Under the pieces are notes generated by a model that saw only the letters and a program-made list of their open reading frames with translations, did no database searches and was not told where the DNA came from. From positions 518 to 64,517 of the IMG/VR virus record IMGVR_UViG_3300042402_002715: 64,000 nt of DNA; one strand, given 5' to 3'. This DNA is from a virus. Taxonomy: Duplodnaviria > Caudoviricetes. Both the position numbers and the translations under genes were made by a program. Below, piece after piece: positions 50,073 to 57,779 of this stretch (position 1 is the stretch's first letter; the number at the start of each line of letters is the position of its first letter).

Positions 50073-52154
50073 TTATCTTGCAACATTAGTTGTCTCAACG
50101 TCTCTATTAAGGGGTTGTTGAGCATTAAGATTGTTTTGTCTATCTTTTATACTAGCAAGTCTTTTTTGTTCTGCCGCAGCAGCTTCTTTTCGTCTTTTTT
50201 GTTCTGCATCTGTTGCAATTTTGTTTACGTCAACACCAGCAGTTTTAGCTGTTGTGTCAACTGATTTTACTAATCCCTTTGTTGCTCCACCAACACTTTT
50301 TGCTGTTGTTGCTGATACAGAACTTAATTTACCAATATCAGAACCGATATCACCCTGTCCAGATAATTTACCACTTCTTTGTAAATCAATTTTCTTATTG
50401 GCACCCTGCATTCCTTGTATGCCTCCACCGCCAGTGTATCCTAATTTTGCGAATTTGACAACTTTTCCACCAGTCTCACCACCAACATCTTGACCAACAG
50501 CTTCAGCGCCGGCCCAACCTAAATCTGAAGTCAAATCTGATGTAAGATTTGTTTTTAATTTCTGTGATGCTTTCTTTTGTATATATGCCTTTCCTCTTTC
50601 AGATGCCACCGTACTACCAGCTCCGGCTGCAATTACAAAATCGTCAATAAATTTTGATACTGTGTTTGCTACAGAATTTATTGCTGTACCAATTTTTGAT
50701 TTTGCTAGATATTTCCACCAAGATGTTGTTGTTAACCATTTTATAGCTTTGGAGATCATGCCACCAATTTTTGATACTCCGGATTTAATAAGGTCCATAA
50801 TACCTTTAAACCATTTAAACTTTGAGATTTTTGCAATTACACCACCTAATTTAGTTCCAGTACCCATTAATGGTTTTAACACACTACCAACAGTTTTGCC
50901 GACGGCACCAGTTGTTAAAATATTTACAACATCTAAAAGGATCTCAACAATTTTTGCTTTACCACTAGCAATCCAAACTAAAATATCACCTACTAATAAG
51001 ATACCCCAACCTATTGAACTTACAACTTTACCAACACCTGTAAAATCTAAAATAGTTGTTACTGCCGCACCAGCAACACCACCTAAAAACATTCTTAGAG
51101 ACTCAATTAATTTTTCAAAACCATCAATCGGTCTTGAAAATAGTTGTTGTACTCCTTCAGCGGCCTTTTCATAAGCATTTAGACCTGTAACATCCCCAAC
51201 AACACCAGCGGCTCTCATAGTTTGACTAACTGGTGGCGCTTTATATCCTAATTTTTGTAATCCAGTCCATATTTTACGGTATTGGCCATAATCATAATCA
51301 CTCATCTCATCTTTCGCCCAATCACCAACATTTTTAATACCGGACATGCCTCTAGCTAAAACTTTTGCATTTACCGCATCAAGGATTTGTTTACAAGTTA
51401 TTCTCCCGTATGCTGCAACGGCTTCAGCTTCGTATGTACCGGCACCATCAAAGGCGTAAGCTAATTCTTTAAAAATATCAGCAGCAACAGCAGGTATTTG
51501 ATTTGCCGCAATTGGTTTACCATCAGCGGTTTTACAAGCGGCAGATCCTCCTGATTTTGGTTTTGATTTAGATAATTTAAGAAATTCAGGACCACCTACA
51601 GCACCGGTAGTTTTACCCCATTGAGCTAAATTAAATGTTGCATTAATAAATTTAGATTCTAAGTTTATATTATTAGCTGGTTGTCCAGCGTATTTTCCTC
51701 CTGGGAATTTAAACAACCAAAGTCTTTTGTCGGCACCAGAAAAACTAATTGGCCACCCACCATTTTTATTAGTATCTTTCCAAATAACCCAAGGTCCCCA
51801 ATACATAAATGTTGATTTAACTGGATCATTAGCAACTTGCCATTGTACACCAATCCCTGAAGATTTAAGTTGATCAAATAATACTTTCCAATACCCAACT
51901 TGATCGGCACCTCTGACCCATTGTTCAGCAATTAAATTTTGTCTTGATTCCCAAACTTCTTTGAATGCTTTTTTAAGTGTTGTTTCAGAAATAACCTCAT
52001 TACTTGTTTTAGGTGTGAATAAAGTTTCTATTTTGTTTTCAACAATAACATTTTTACTTGTTTTTTCATTTTCAGTAACAAGTTTTCCTGGTTCATAATT
52101 CATCATGAATCCAATTCTCTTTAAATCTTCTATTAATAAAGTTTGATTAGTCAA
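50073..52154 (-). CDS. Large protein with shared N-terminal domain, annexin-like repeat and hydrophobic helices
   Basis: TTG start at 52154 (aligns with the paralog N-terminus; late motif at 52168-75); ELAYAFDGAGTYE..WAKDEMS. Confidence 0.55.
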   Translation of the reverse strand: MTNQTLLIEDLKRIGFMMNYEPGKLVTENEKTSKNVIVENKIETLFTPKTSNEVISETTLKKAFKEVWESRQNLIAEQWVRGADQVGYWKVLFDQLKSSGIGVQWQVANDPVKSTFMYWGPWVIWKDTNKNGGWPISFSGADKRLWLFKFPGGKYAGQPANNINLESKFINATFNLAQWGKTTGAVGGPEFLKLSKSKPKSGGSAACKTADGKPIAANQIPAVAADIFKELAYAFDGAGTYEAEAVAAYGRITCKQILDAVNAKVLARGMSGIKNVGDWAKDEMSDYDYGQYRKIWTGLQKLGYKAPPVSQTMRAAGVVGDVTGLNAYEKAAEGVQQLFSRPIDGFEKLIESLRMFLGGVAGAAVTTILDFTGVGKVVSSIGWGILLVGDILVWIASGKAKIVEILLDVVNILTTGAVGKTVGSVLKPLMGTGTKLGGVIAKISKFKWFKGIMDLIKSGVSKIGGMISKAIKWLTTTSWWKYLAKSKIGTAINSVANTVSKFIDDFVIAAGAGSTVASERGKAYIQKKASQKLKTNLTSDLTSDLGWAGAEAVGQDVGGETGGKVVKFAKLGYTGGGGIQGMQGANKKIDLQRSGKLSGQGDIGSDIGKLSSVSATTAKSVGGATKGLVKSVDTTAKTAGVDVNKIATDAEQKRRKEAAAAEQKRLASIKDRQNNLNAQQPLNRDVETTNVAR

Positions 52155-52244
52155 AATAATTTTATTAATAAATATTAGAATTTTATAAAAAATAAAAAAC
52201 CCCACCAAAAAAGTGAGGTCTTTAAAAAAATTCAAATCTTTAAG

Positions 52245-52418
52245 TTATTTAACAGATGTAGAATCTTTTACGGTTTCTGTTGCATTTGTTGTTGCGCTAT
52301 CAGTAGCACATTCAGTAGCATTAGGCGTTGCGTTTTCTGTTGCTGATTTTTCACCGCAAGATGTCATTAGAGAAATTGTGGTTAAAAGTGTCAAAGAAAT
52401 CAAAAATAATTTTTTCAT
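52245..52418 (-). CDS. Small lipoprotein (57 aa)
   Basis: MKKLFLISLTLLTTISLMTSC lipobox, Ala/Thr-rich tail; below the ORF-track size cutoff. Confidence 0.7.
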   Translation of the reverse strand: MKKLFLISLTLLTTISLMTSCGEKSATENATPNATECATDSATTNATETVKDSTSVK

Positions 52419-52496
52419 TTTTAAAAGAGAAATTAAGGTTTATTTATTATATATATACTAAAAAAATTTATAAAGTAAAAAGTAAAGAAAAAAAAA

Positions 52497-53362
52497 GGTT
52501 GAGATTACACCTGTGTTTGAGAACCTTTGGAAGGATTATTGTTTCCCTTCGTATCCACTTTCTTTTGGAAAGTATTTCTCAGTGACGGTCTTTTAGGTTT
52601 ACCACTCCTTTAGGTTTGAATTACTCTCATCTTACTTGACTCTTTCCGAGGATGCCTCCCCAGTTCGTCCTTGCGGGACTAAAGGTTTTTCGGATAATTA
52701 CACTCAGACTTGGGATCCTTGTGTGCAATGAACGGCTCATTACTATGTAGTCACCTTTCATCCAAACCTGACAGACACTTTTCCTTTTTGTTGTTAATAA
52801 TTTAGTTTTATTACTTTCCATAAAGTAGTTGTGTTGTGGATTATCAAAGTAGTGGTCTGTCAACCGAGCCAATTCATCTTTTGAACGAATCGATACTCAA
52901 CTACTCTGTGAAATGTCCCCATTTCCATATTTCTAGACTACTTCGAGATCGAACCCTTGGTAGGGGACGGTCAAGGTTAGTAACAACACCACTTGTACAC
53001 TAACATACCTTTCGGTTTTAAGTATCCTATCATAATGGAACACGCAATGATAAAATTGGATAATCTTATTTTTTGCAATATCCCTACGGGTTATTCCTAT
53101 TGGTGTTCCCACCTCAATCAAACGACCCACATCGCCCAATCATCTAACCACTTTCCCTACAGCGTTGCCCTCGGTACTAAAGATTAAACGGTATCCCGCT
53201 TGTGTACTCAAGTTCAGTTACCTAAACCGCAAATAAGTTAACACAACTTACTCACTTTATCCTGGTTTCCCAGTTTATTTTATGGACTATACACGGCCCA
53301 ATATCTTTATCAGTTTTGGTTTTAAATCCTAAGATTTTAACCTACTCCTGAACGGATAATCT
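52497..53362 (-). ncRNA. Large structured ncRNA (~870 nt), GOLLD-like
   Basis: No credible ORF, GC well above flanks, many hairpins incl. CTGG-GAAA-CCAG, ACC-GAAA-GGT, CC-GCAA-GG, TTTAG-GTAA-CTGAA; own promoter and boxA; size and tRNA-proximal phage context fit GOLLD. Confidence 0.65.
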
Positions 53363-53368
53363 AAATTT

Positions 53369-53412
53369 TCAAAGAACGTTTTCGGTCATTTCCGAATTGT
53401 TTTACAAAGTTA
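53369..53412 (-). promoter_or_regulatory. -7 promoter element and boxA-like motif for the large ncRNA
   Basis: TAACTTTG at 53412-05; GTTCTTTGA at 53377-69. Confidence 0.65.
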
Positions 53413-53453
53413 AGACTTTTATTTTGATTTGTCAAGTACTTTGTGAACTTTTT

Positions 53454-53603
53454 TTATTTTTTTTCTACGTAGACTTTATCAGTACCATATTTATTTGCCA
53501 TTATATGGGCAAACTCTAAATTTGGTGTAAAAACTTTTTGTCCGTTATTGTTGATGTATCCGTAGATAGCAACCTCAACTAATTCTGTTTCTTGTTCTGT
53601 CAT
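53454..53603 (-). CDS. Small hypothetical protein (49 aa)
   Basis: MTEQETELVEVAIYGY...YVEKK*; TATGTTTG -7 element upstream. Confidence 0.55.
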   Translation of the reverse strand: MTEQETELVEVAIYGYINNNGQKVFTPNLEFAHIMANKYGTDKVYVEKK

Positions 53604-53657
53604 TTTGTTTGATTTATATTTCAAACATAAAATAATTATTCGGTTGTGTCAAGAAAA

Positions 53658-54608
53658 TTATAAAACTTTTTTAATTATTTGATTGATTCTTTTTGTGTTT
53701 TTTGAAAACTTTTCTTCTTTCAATAACCACCCAAGGATATTCATTCCGGTTTTTTTATTTTTTTGTTCATCACTATCTAAACAAGTTTTTGCTAAAGTTA
53801 AAATTTCTTCATCACTTTTAGATGAATCACATTTTCTTCCAGCATTTAAAAATTTAAACTGTCCTGTTGTGTTTTTTTCGTTTCTCAAACACTGACAAAA
53901 ATCTGTAGTGACTGGTTTTGACTTTTCTTCTGGTTTTTTTTCTTCTGATTTCTTTTCTTCTGGTTTTTTATCTTTTGATTTCTTTTCTTCTGGTTTTTTA
54001 TCTTTTACATCTTTTGCCAGTAAAGGATCTGAATCCGGAAGTTCTGATTCTGGTGTGTTCCAGTATTTTGTCATATACGCCTTACAAGTTGCACCTTCAG
54101 TTTTCATTTTATTTGATGATACCTCACCATGACCATATATATTTGATAGTGGATAACCTAATGATTTTACCAATTTTAAAGCCGTTTTACATTGAGGGAT
54201 TAAAATATCATTATCTTCCTTTGCTATTATCTCAACACCTTGTGATGAGCTATTACCAAGATCTTTTGGTGCGGAAGGATAAAGTGATGTAACATGGGCA
54301 CCTTTAGCCCCAGAAGGTAAACCTTTATATAATTTACCATCCCTATCAATAATCCAATGAATTCCTAAGCCTCTCGCATTTAATACACTTATAACTTGAG
54401 AAGCCAGACCTCTACCAGCTGTATGATGAACAATAAAATATTTATCATTTGGTAATTTTTTTGATTTAAAAGTTGATGTTCCGGAAATATCGGTAATATC
54501 TAAAGCACCCTCTTTAAGAATGTTTTTTTTAAAACTAAAAGATGATATAGACTCATAAAGTCTATCAATTTCCATAAGTTCATTTTTTTTTCCAGGAATA
54601 TAACCCAT
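53658..54608 (-). CDS. N-acetylmuramoyl-L-alanine amidase (Amidase_2)
   Basis: IVHHTAG, HWIIDRDG, GAH, GVE, YGHGE..C. Confidence 0.85.
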   Translation of the reverse strand: MGYIPGKKNELMEIDRLYESISSFSFKKNILKEGALDITDISGTSTFKSKKLPNDKYFIVHHTAGRGLASQVISVLNARGLGIHWIIDRDGKLYKGLPSGAKGAHVTSLYPSAPKDLGNSSSQGVEIIAKEDNDILIPQCKTALKLVKSLGYPLSNIYGHGEVSSNKMKTEGATCKAYMTKYWNTPESELPDSDPLLAKDVKDKKPEEKKSKDKKPEEKKSEEKKPEEKSKPVTTDFCQCLRNEKNTTGQFKFLNAGRKCDSSKSDEEILTLAKTCLDSDEQKNKKTGMNILGWLLKEEKFSKNTKRINQIIKKVL

Positions 54609-54617
54609 ACAGTTTTT

Positions 54618-55100
54618 CTATATAAATACTGTGGTTTTATTAAACCAATCAGGGATATCCCTATTTTTCCAATTTACAAATGATTTTTTTGCTTCTCTAT
54701 AATAATTTCTATAAGATTCTATAACGTCATTACCAATTTTGAATTCATCACCCATAGCAAGTGGTGGACAAGTAAAATCAACATCTTGAATATTTGGTTT
54801 ATTATCTAAACACCATTCTATAATATCTTGTGATTTATGTCTTTTACCGTATCGATAGGTATATTCTTTACACAATTCCAAACCAAGATCACATAGATAA
54901 AGGTAATTTGAGAGGGATTCTCTTGTCCAGATAGCGCAAGGATGGTTTTTGTGTGATAATTTATAAGGGGCTTCGGTTCCAATAACCCAATGAACACCAC
55001 AAAGAAGTTGTGCTGTTTCAAGGATCATTTTTACAACGTGTTTATCACAATGATACTTAGCGCATTTTTTTGTATCAAAATCAAGGAAAAATATATTCAT
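54618..55100 (-). CDS. Pyrimidine-dimer DNA glycosylase/endonuclease V-like protein
   Basis: MNIFFLD..DKHVVKMILETAQLL..HKNHPC.IW..EYTYRYGKRH. Confidence 0.8.
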   Translation of the reverse strand: MNIFFLDFDTKKCAKYHCDKHVVKMILETAQLLCGVHWVIGTEAPYKLSHKNHPCAIWTRESLSNYLYLCDLGLELCKEYTYRYGKRHKSQDIIEWCLDNKPNIQDVDFTCPPLAMGDEFKIGNDVIESYRNYYREAKKSFVNWKNRDIPDWFNKTTVFI

Positions 55101-55129
55101 ATTGCTAAGTTAATGAAAAAATCAATAAC

Positions 55130-55828
55130 TTACAACATTGCACCATGTGATTTTTTGTGATGTCCACCACTATTACCAATAGGAATTGTAACACCAGCCT
55201 TAAGTTGTCCGCCTTGGTTGAAATACCCAGTATTTACAGAATGACTATCATGAGATTGGTGTGGCATTTTCATTCCCATACTCAAACCGATATTTTTGTT
55301 TCCAATATGTGCATGAGTACCAACACCTAATTCTTCTGGAGTACCTTTTTTATCAAATACAATATCCGCATGAAATTTATCATTTCCAACTCCAAATTCC
55401 CAACCTTTAATTGTTTGGTTGTCAATTTTATCTTTTTCTGGTTTAAAAGACAATTCAATATGTTTTGAAAGTTCTGGTAAAAATTCAGCGGTATTTATTT
55501 TTTGTTTAAGAACATTTATATCAGGTATTTTTGCAACATAGTTTGGATTTGCCATTATTGAATTTAGAACCTGTTGATTTTTTGATGTATCTGTAAGATC
55601 TATTTGATTTGTACTTATTAAGGTTTGCAAATCTACTGGTTTATCACTCACAGGCAATGGTTGTGTTGCCGGTAGGGGTTGTTGAGGTGTTGTTTGTGTT
55701 GCCGGAGGTGTTGTTTGTGTTGCCGGAGGTGTTGTTGGGTCCTCGGCCTCCATTAAAAATTTGTTATTAATATACCTTTGTTCGGATATTAAATTTGCTT
55801 CTTGTATATATCTTCTTTTTGTTGACAT
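55130..55828 (-). CDS. Hypothetical protein with TTPPATQ repeats
   Basis: 232-aa ORF; KRRYIQEANLISEQ N-terminus. Confidence 0.6.
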   Translation of the reverse strand: MSTKRRYIQEANLISEQRYINNKFLMEAEDPTTPPATQTTPPATQTTPQQPLPATQPLPVSDKPVDLQTLISTNQIDLTDTSKNQQVLNSIMANPNYVAKIPDINVLKQKINTAEFLPELSKHIELSFKPEKDKIDNQTIKGWEFGVGNDKFHADIVFDKKGTPEELGVGTHAHIGNKNIGLSMGMKMPHQSHDSHSVNTGYFNQGGQLKAGVTIPIGNSGGHHKKSHGAML

Positions 55829-55892
55829 TTTTTTAGTATTTTAAATAGTTAAAACCCCACCTAAGAAGATGGGGTTAATAATTTTAAATAAA

Positions 55893-56060
55893 TTATTTTT
55901 TAGTAATTACAGACCAAATAGCACCTGCTAAAGTCATTGCACCACCGATAATTTCAGTAACGGTACTTTCATCAATCCATCCTTTCATTACAACGATACC
56001 ACCAACAAATGTTAATGTGTGTCTAACAATTCCTAAAACTTGTTCTTTCGTTAACTTCAT
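55893..56060 (-). CDS. Putative holin (55 aa, two TM segments)
   Basis: MKLTKEQVLGIVRHTLTFVGGIVV..IIGGAMTLAGAIWSVITKK*; late motif at 56093-100; near the amidase. Confidence 0.65.
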   Translation of the reverse strand: MKLTKEQVLGIVRHTLTFVGGIVVMKGWIDESTVTEIIGGAMTLAGAIWSVITKK

Positions 56061-56124
56061 TTTTTTTGTATTTAACGTTTATTTGTTTTTATATAAATAC
56101 AAAAAGATATGAAAAAATGTCAAT

Positions 56125-56214
56125 TTAGATATTATCTTCTTTATGTGTAAGGTAAGAAACGACAACAATTCCTAAGATTGCTATGGGTACTAAACAAGCT
56201 ACAATTACTTCCAT
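56125..56214 (-). CDS. Single-TM micropeptide (29 aa)
   Basis: MEVIVACLVPIAILGIVVVSYLTHKEDNI*; late-type motif at 56231. Confidence 0.45.
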   Translation of the reverse strand: MEVIVACLVPIAILGIVVVSYLTHKEDNI

Positions 56215-56322
56215 GATATATGTTTTTTTAATAAATACAAATACAAAATACGTTCCAATATGGTAGATGAATAGAACTATGTTATAGATTATTATTCACC
56301 GATTTTAAACCAACGTTTTTAG

Positions 56323-56405
56323 ATGTCAGGGTGGGATTTGAACCCACAATGAGCAGCCTTCCTCAACGGAAGGATTCGGCACCGATGCTTTTTACACTCC
56401 TGACA
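56323..56405 (-). ncRNA. Aberrant tRNA-like RNA
   Basis: TGTCAGG/CCTGACA acceptor and GTGGG-TTCAAAT-CCCAC T arm; irregular D region; CCTTCC-GTTGA-GGAAGG hairpin without U33. Confidence 0.55.
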
Positions 56406-56490
56406 AACAACGACTCTTCAACTTTCTACTCCCAGCACCGAGGAATTGTATATAACTTAGCCCATCTCACCGCTGTGTGGGAACTGAAGT

Positions 56491-56553
56491 TTATCGTCTT
56501 TTTCTTATGACAAACATAAATAATATAAATAATACTAACAATACTGGTGTCAT
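56491..56553 (-). CDS. Hydrophobic micropeptide (20 aa)
   Basis: MTPVLLVLFILFMFVIRKRR* with an A/T-rich initiation region. Confidence 0.45.
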   Translation of the reverse strand: MTPVLLVLFILFMFVIRKRR

Positions 56554-56737
56554 AATTTTTAATTTTAAAAAAGGTGGAGATTTGCACCAACATATGATCA
56601 CCCACATGTCTCGTTTCTTTTGTTTTTGGTACTCCACCATTGTAAGTTTCCCTTTTATATCTTACACCACCATTCACGAGATATCCCGAATTCTCCAACG
56701 GTTGTTACTCTACTACCAGGAATCAAGCAACCGATTG

Positions 56738-56839
56738 TAGTCAGGACAGGATTTGAGCCTGTATAATTAGCTTACGATTATCTAATTACCCACTTTTACA
56801 AGCAGTTCGGGGTTGCGTCTACCATTCCGCCACCTGACT
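56738..56839 (-). ncRNA. Aberrant tRNA-like RNA with Leu-type D arm (102 nt)
   Basis: AGTCAGG/CCTGACT acceptor, GCGGAATGGTAGACGC D arm, enlarged anticodon arm containing CTTGTAA, long variable arm, T loop CTCAAAT. Confidence 0.65.
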
Positions 56840-56845
56840 ATATTT

Positions 56846-56921
56846 TGGCGGCTCCAACGGGACTCGAACCCGTACCACACGCCGTGACAGGGCGGTATTG
56901 TAGCCATTCAACCATGGAGCC
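56846..56921 (-). tRNA. tRNA-Asp(GTC)
   Basis: Cloverleaf; loop CT-GTC-AC; encoded CCA. Confidence 0.92.
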
Positions 56922-56930
56922 AAAATTTTG

Positions 56931-57002
56931 TAGTCTGTACGGGAATCGAACCCGTGACTTCGCCGTGAAAGGGCGACGACTTAACCCCTTGTCGAACAGA
57001 CC
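56931..57002 (-). tRNA. tRNA-Glu(TTC)
   Basis: Cloverleaf; TCGCC-CTTTCAC-GGCGA. Confidence 0.92.
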
Positions 57003-57019
57003 ATTTTAATTTAGTTTTA

Positions 57020-57051
57020 CAAAGATAGTTAGTTTATTTTAATCTACCAAA
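57020..57051 (-). promoter_or_regulatory. Bacteroidota promoter module (repeated at 58138-58169 and 58564-58595)
   Basis: TTTGGTAGATT..(20-nt spacer)..TAnnTTTG in three near-identical copies. Confidence 0.7.
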
Positions 57052-57192
57052 TCTTTTTTTAAGTTTTTTCTTTAATGTTTTTACAAAATCAGATTTAAAA
57101 TTAGTTTTAACAAATTTTACTTTAGATGATTCTGAAGTTCCTGATAAAACCATATTTTCCATCATTTATTCTTTTTACTCGTTTATTTTTTG

Positions 57193-57265
57193 AGCGGAAG
57201 AAGGGACTCGAACCCTCAACCACCTGCTTGGAAGGCAGGAGCTCTACCAATTGAGCTACTTCCGC
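57193..57265 (-). tRNA. tRNA-Gly(TCC)
   Basis: GCGGAAG acceptor; CCTGC-CTTCCAA-GCAGG. Confidence 0.95.
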
Positions 57266-57271
57266 TTATTG

Positions 57272-57352
57272 TACTGACGGTTGGACTCGAACCAACGTTT
57301 TAAACTTACCGCTACAGGCATAGATGATATAAGCATCCACTGGTACGTCAGC
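57272..57352 (-). ncRNA. D-arm-less tRNA-Ile(TAT)-like RNA
   Basis: GCTGACG/CGTCAGT acceptor, GGATG-CTTATAT-CATCT arm, canonical T arm; only ~7 nt where the D arm should be, 25-nt variable region. Confidence 0.6.
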
Positions 57353-57358
57353 ATTTAG

Positions 57359-57432
57359 TTGCGTCGTTCTGGAATCGAACCAGATTTATGAGGCTTATGA
57401 GACCCCCCCAGATACCAACCTGTCCACTCGCA
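57359..57432 (-). tRNA. tRNA-Met(CAT), irregular acceptor stem
   Basis: GGGGT-CTCATAA-GCCTC; T arm TCTGG-TTCGATT-CCAGA. Confidence 0.75.
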
Positions 57433-57437
57433 ATATG

Positions 57438-57543
57438 TAGTCAAAGAAGGAGTCGAACCTTCACGAGATAAGTGTGAAAATCACCTTACCCCAAGGAGTT
57501 TTGAGTATTATCTCCCAGCGTCTACCAATTCCGCCACTTGACT
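57438..57543 (-). ncRNA. Aberrant tRNA-Leu(CAA)-like RNA (106 nt)
   Basis: AGTCAAG/TTTGACT acceptor, Leu-type D arm, 13-nt anticodon loop ATAATA-CTCAAAA, ~31-nt variable arm, normal T arm. Confidence 0.65.
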
Positions 57544-57779
57544 GTTTTGAGGTTGAGAGCCTCAGTGTTGTTATGACGTAGTTAATCACACTCCTACTGT
57601 ATTCCTTTCTCAAGGGAACAACACAATTTTACTGTAGTTTAGTAGTTGACTCAAACTCTCGTTTCACCATCTTGAGTCAACAGGTTAATGCACTTTACGA
57701 GTTTCCCGTTTCTTACAACCACAATATTTTCCAATATTTCAAAGAATCCTTTTCCTTATTTGTTTAACAAAGATATGTA

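Noticed and set aside
52627-53187. Short ORFs of 64-81 aa inside the GC-elevated block
   Set aside because: No recognisable motifs and atypical composition; better explained by the structured ncRNA
57035-57185. Open Lys-rich frame between tRNA-Gly and tRNA-Glu
   Set aside because: No convincing start codon and it overlaps a promoter module; possibly a gene remnant
57438-57543. tRNA-Sec or opal suppressor (TCA within the loop, long variable arm)
   Set aside because: TCA is not centred in a 7-nt loop with U33, the acceptor is 7 bp and the D arm is Leu-type
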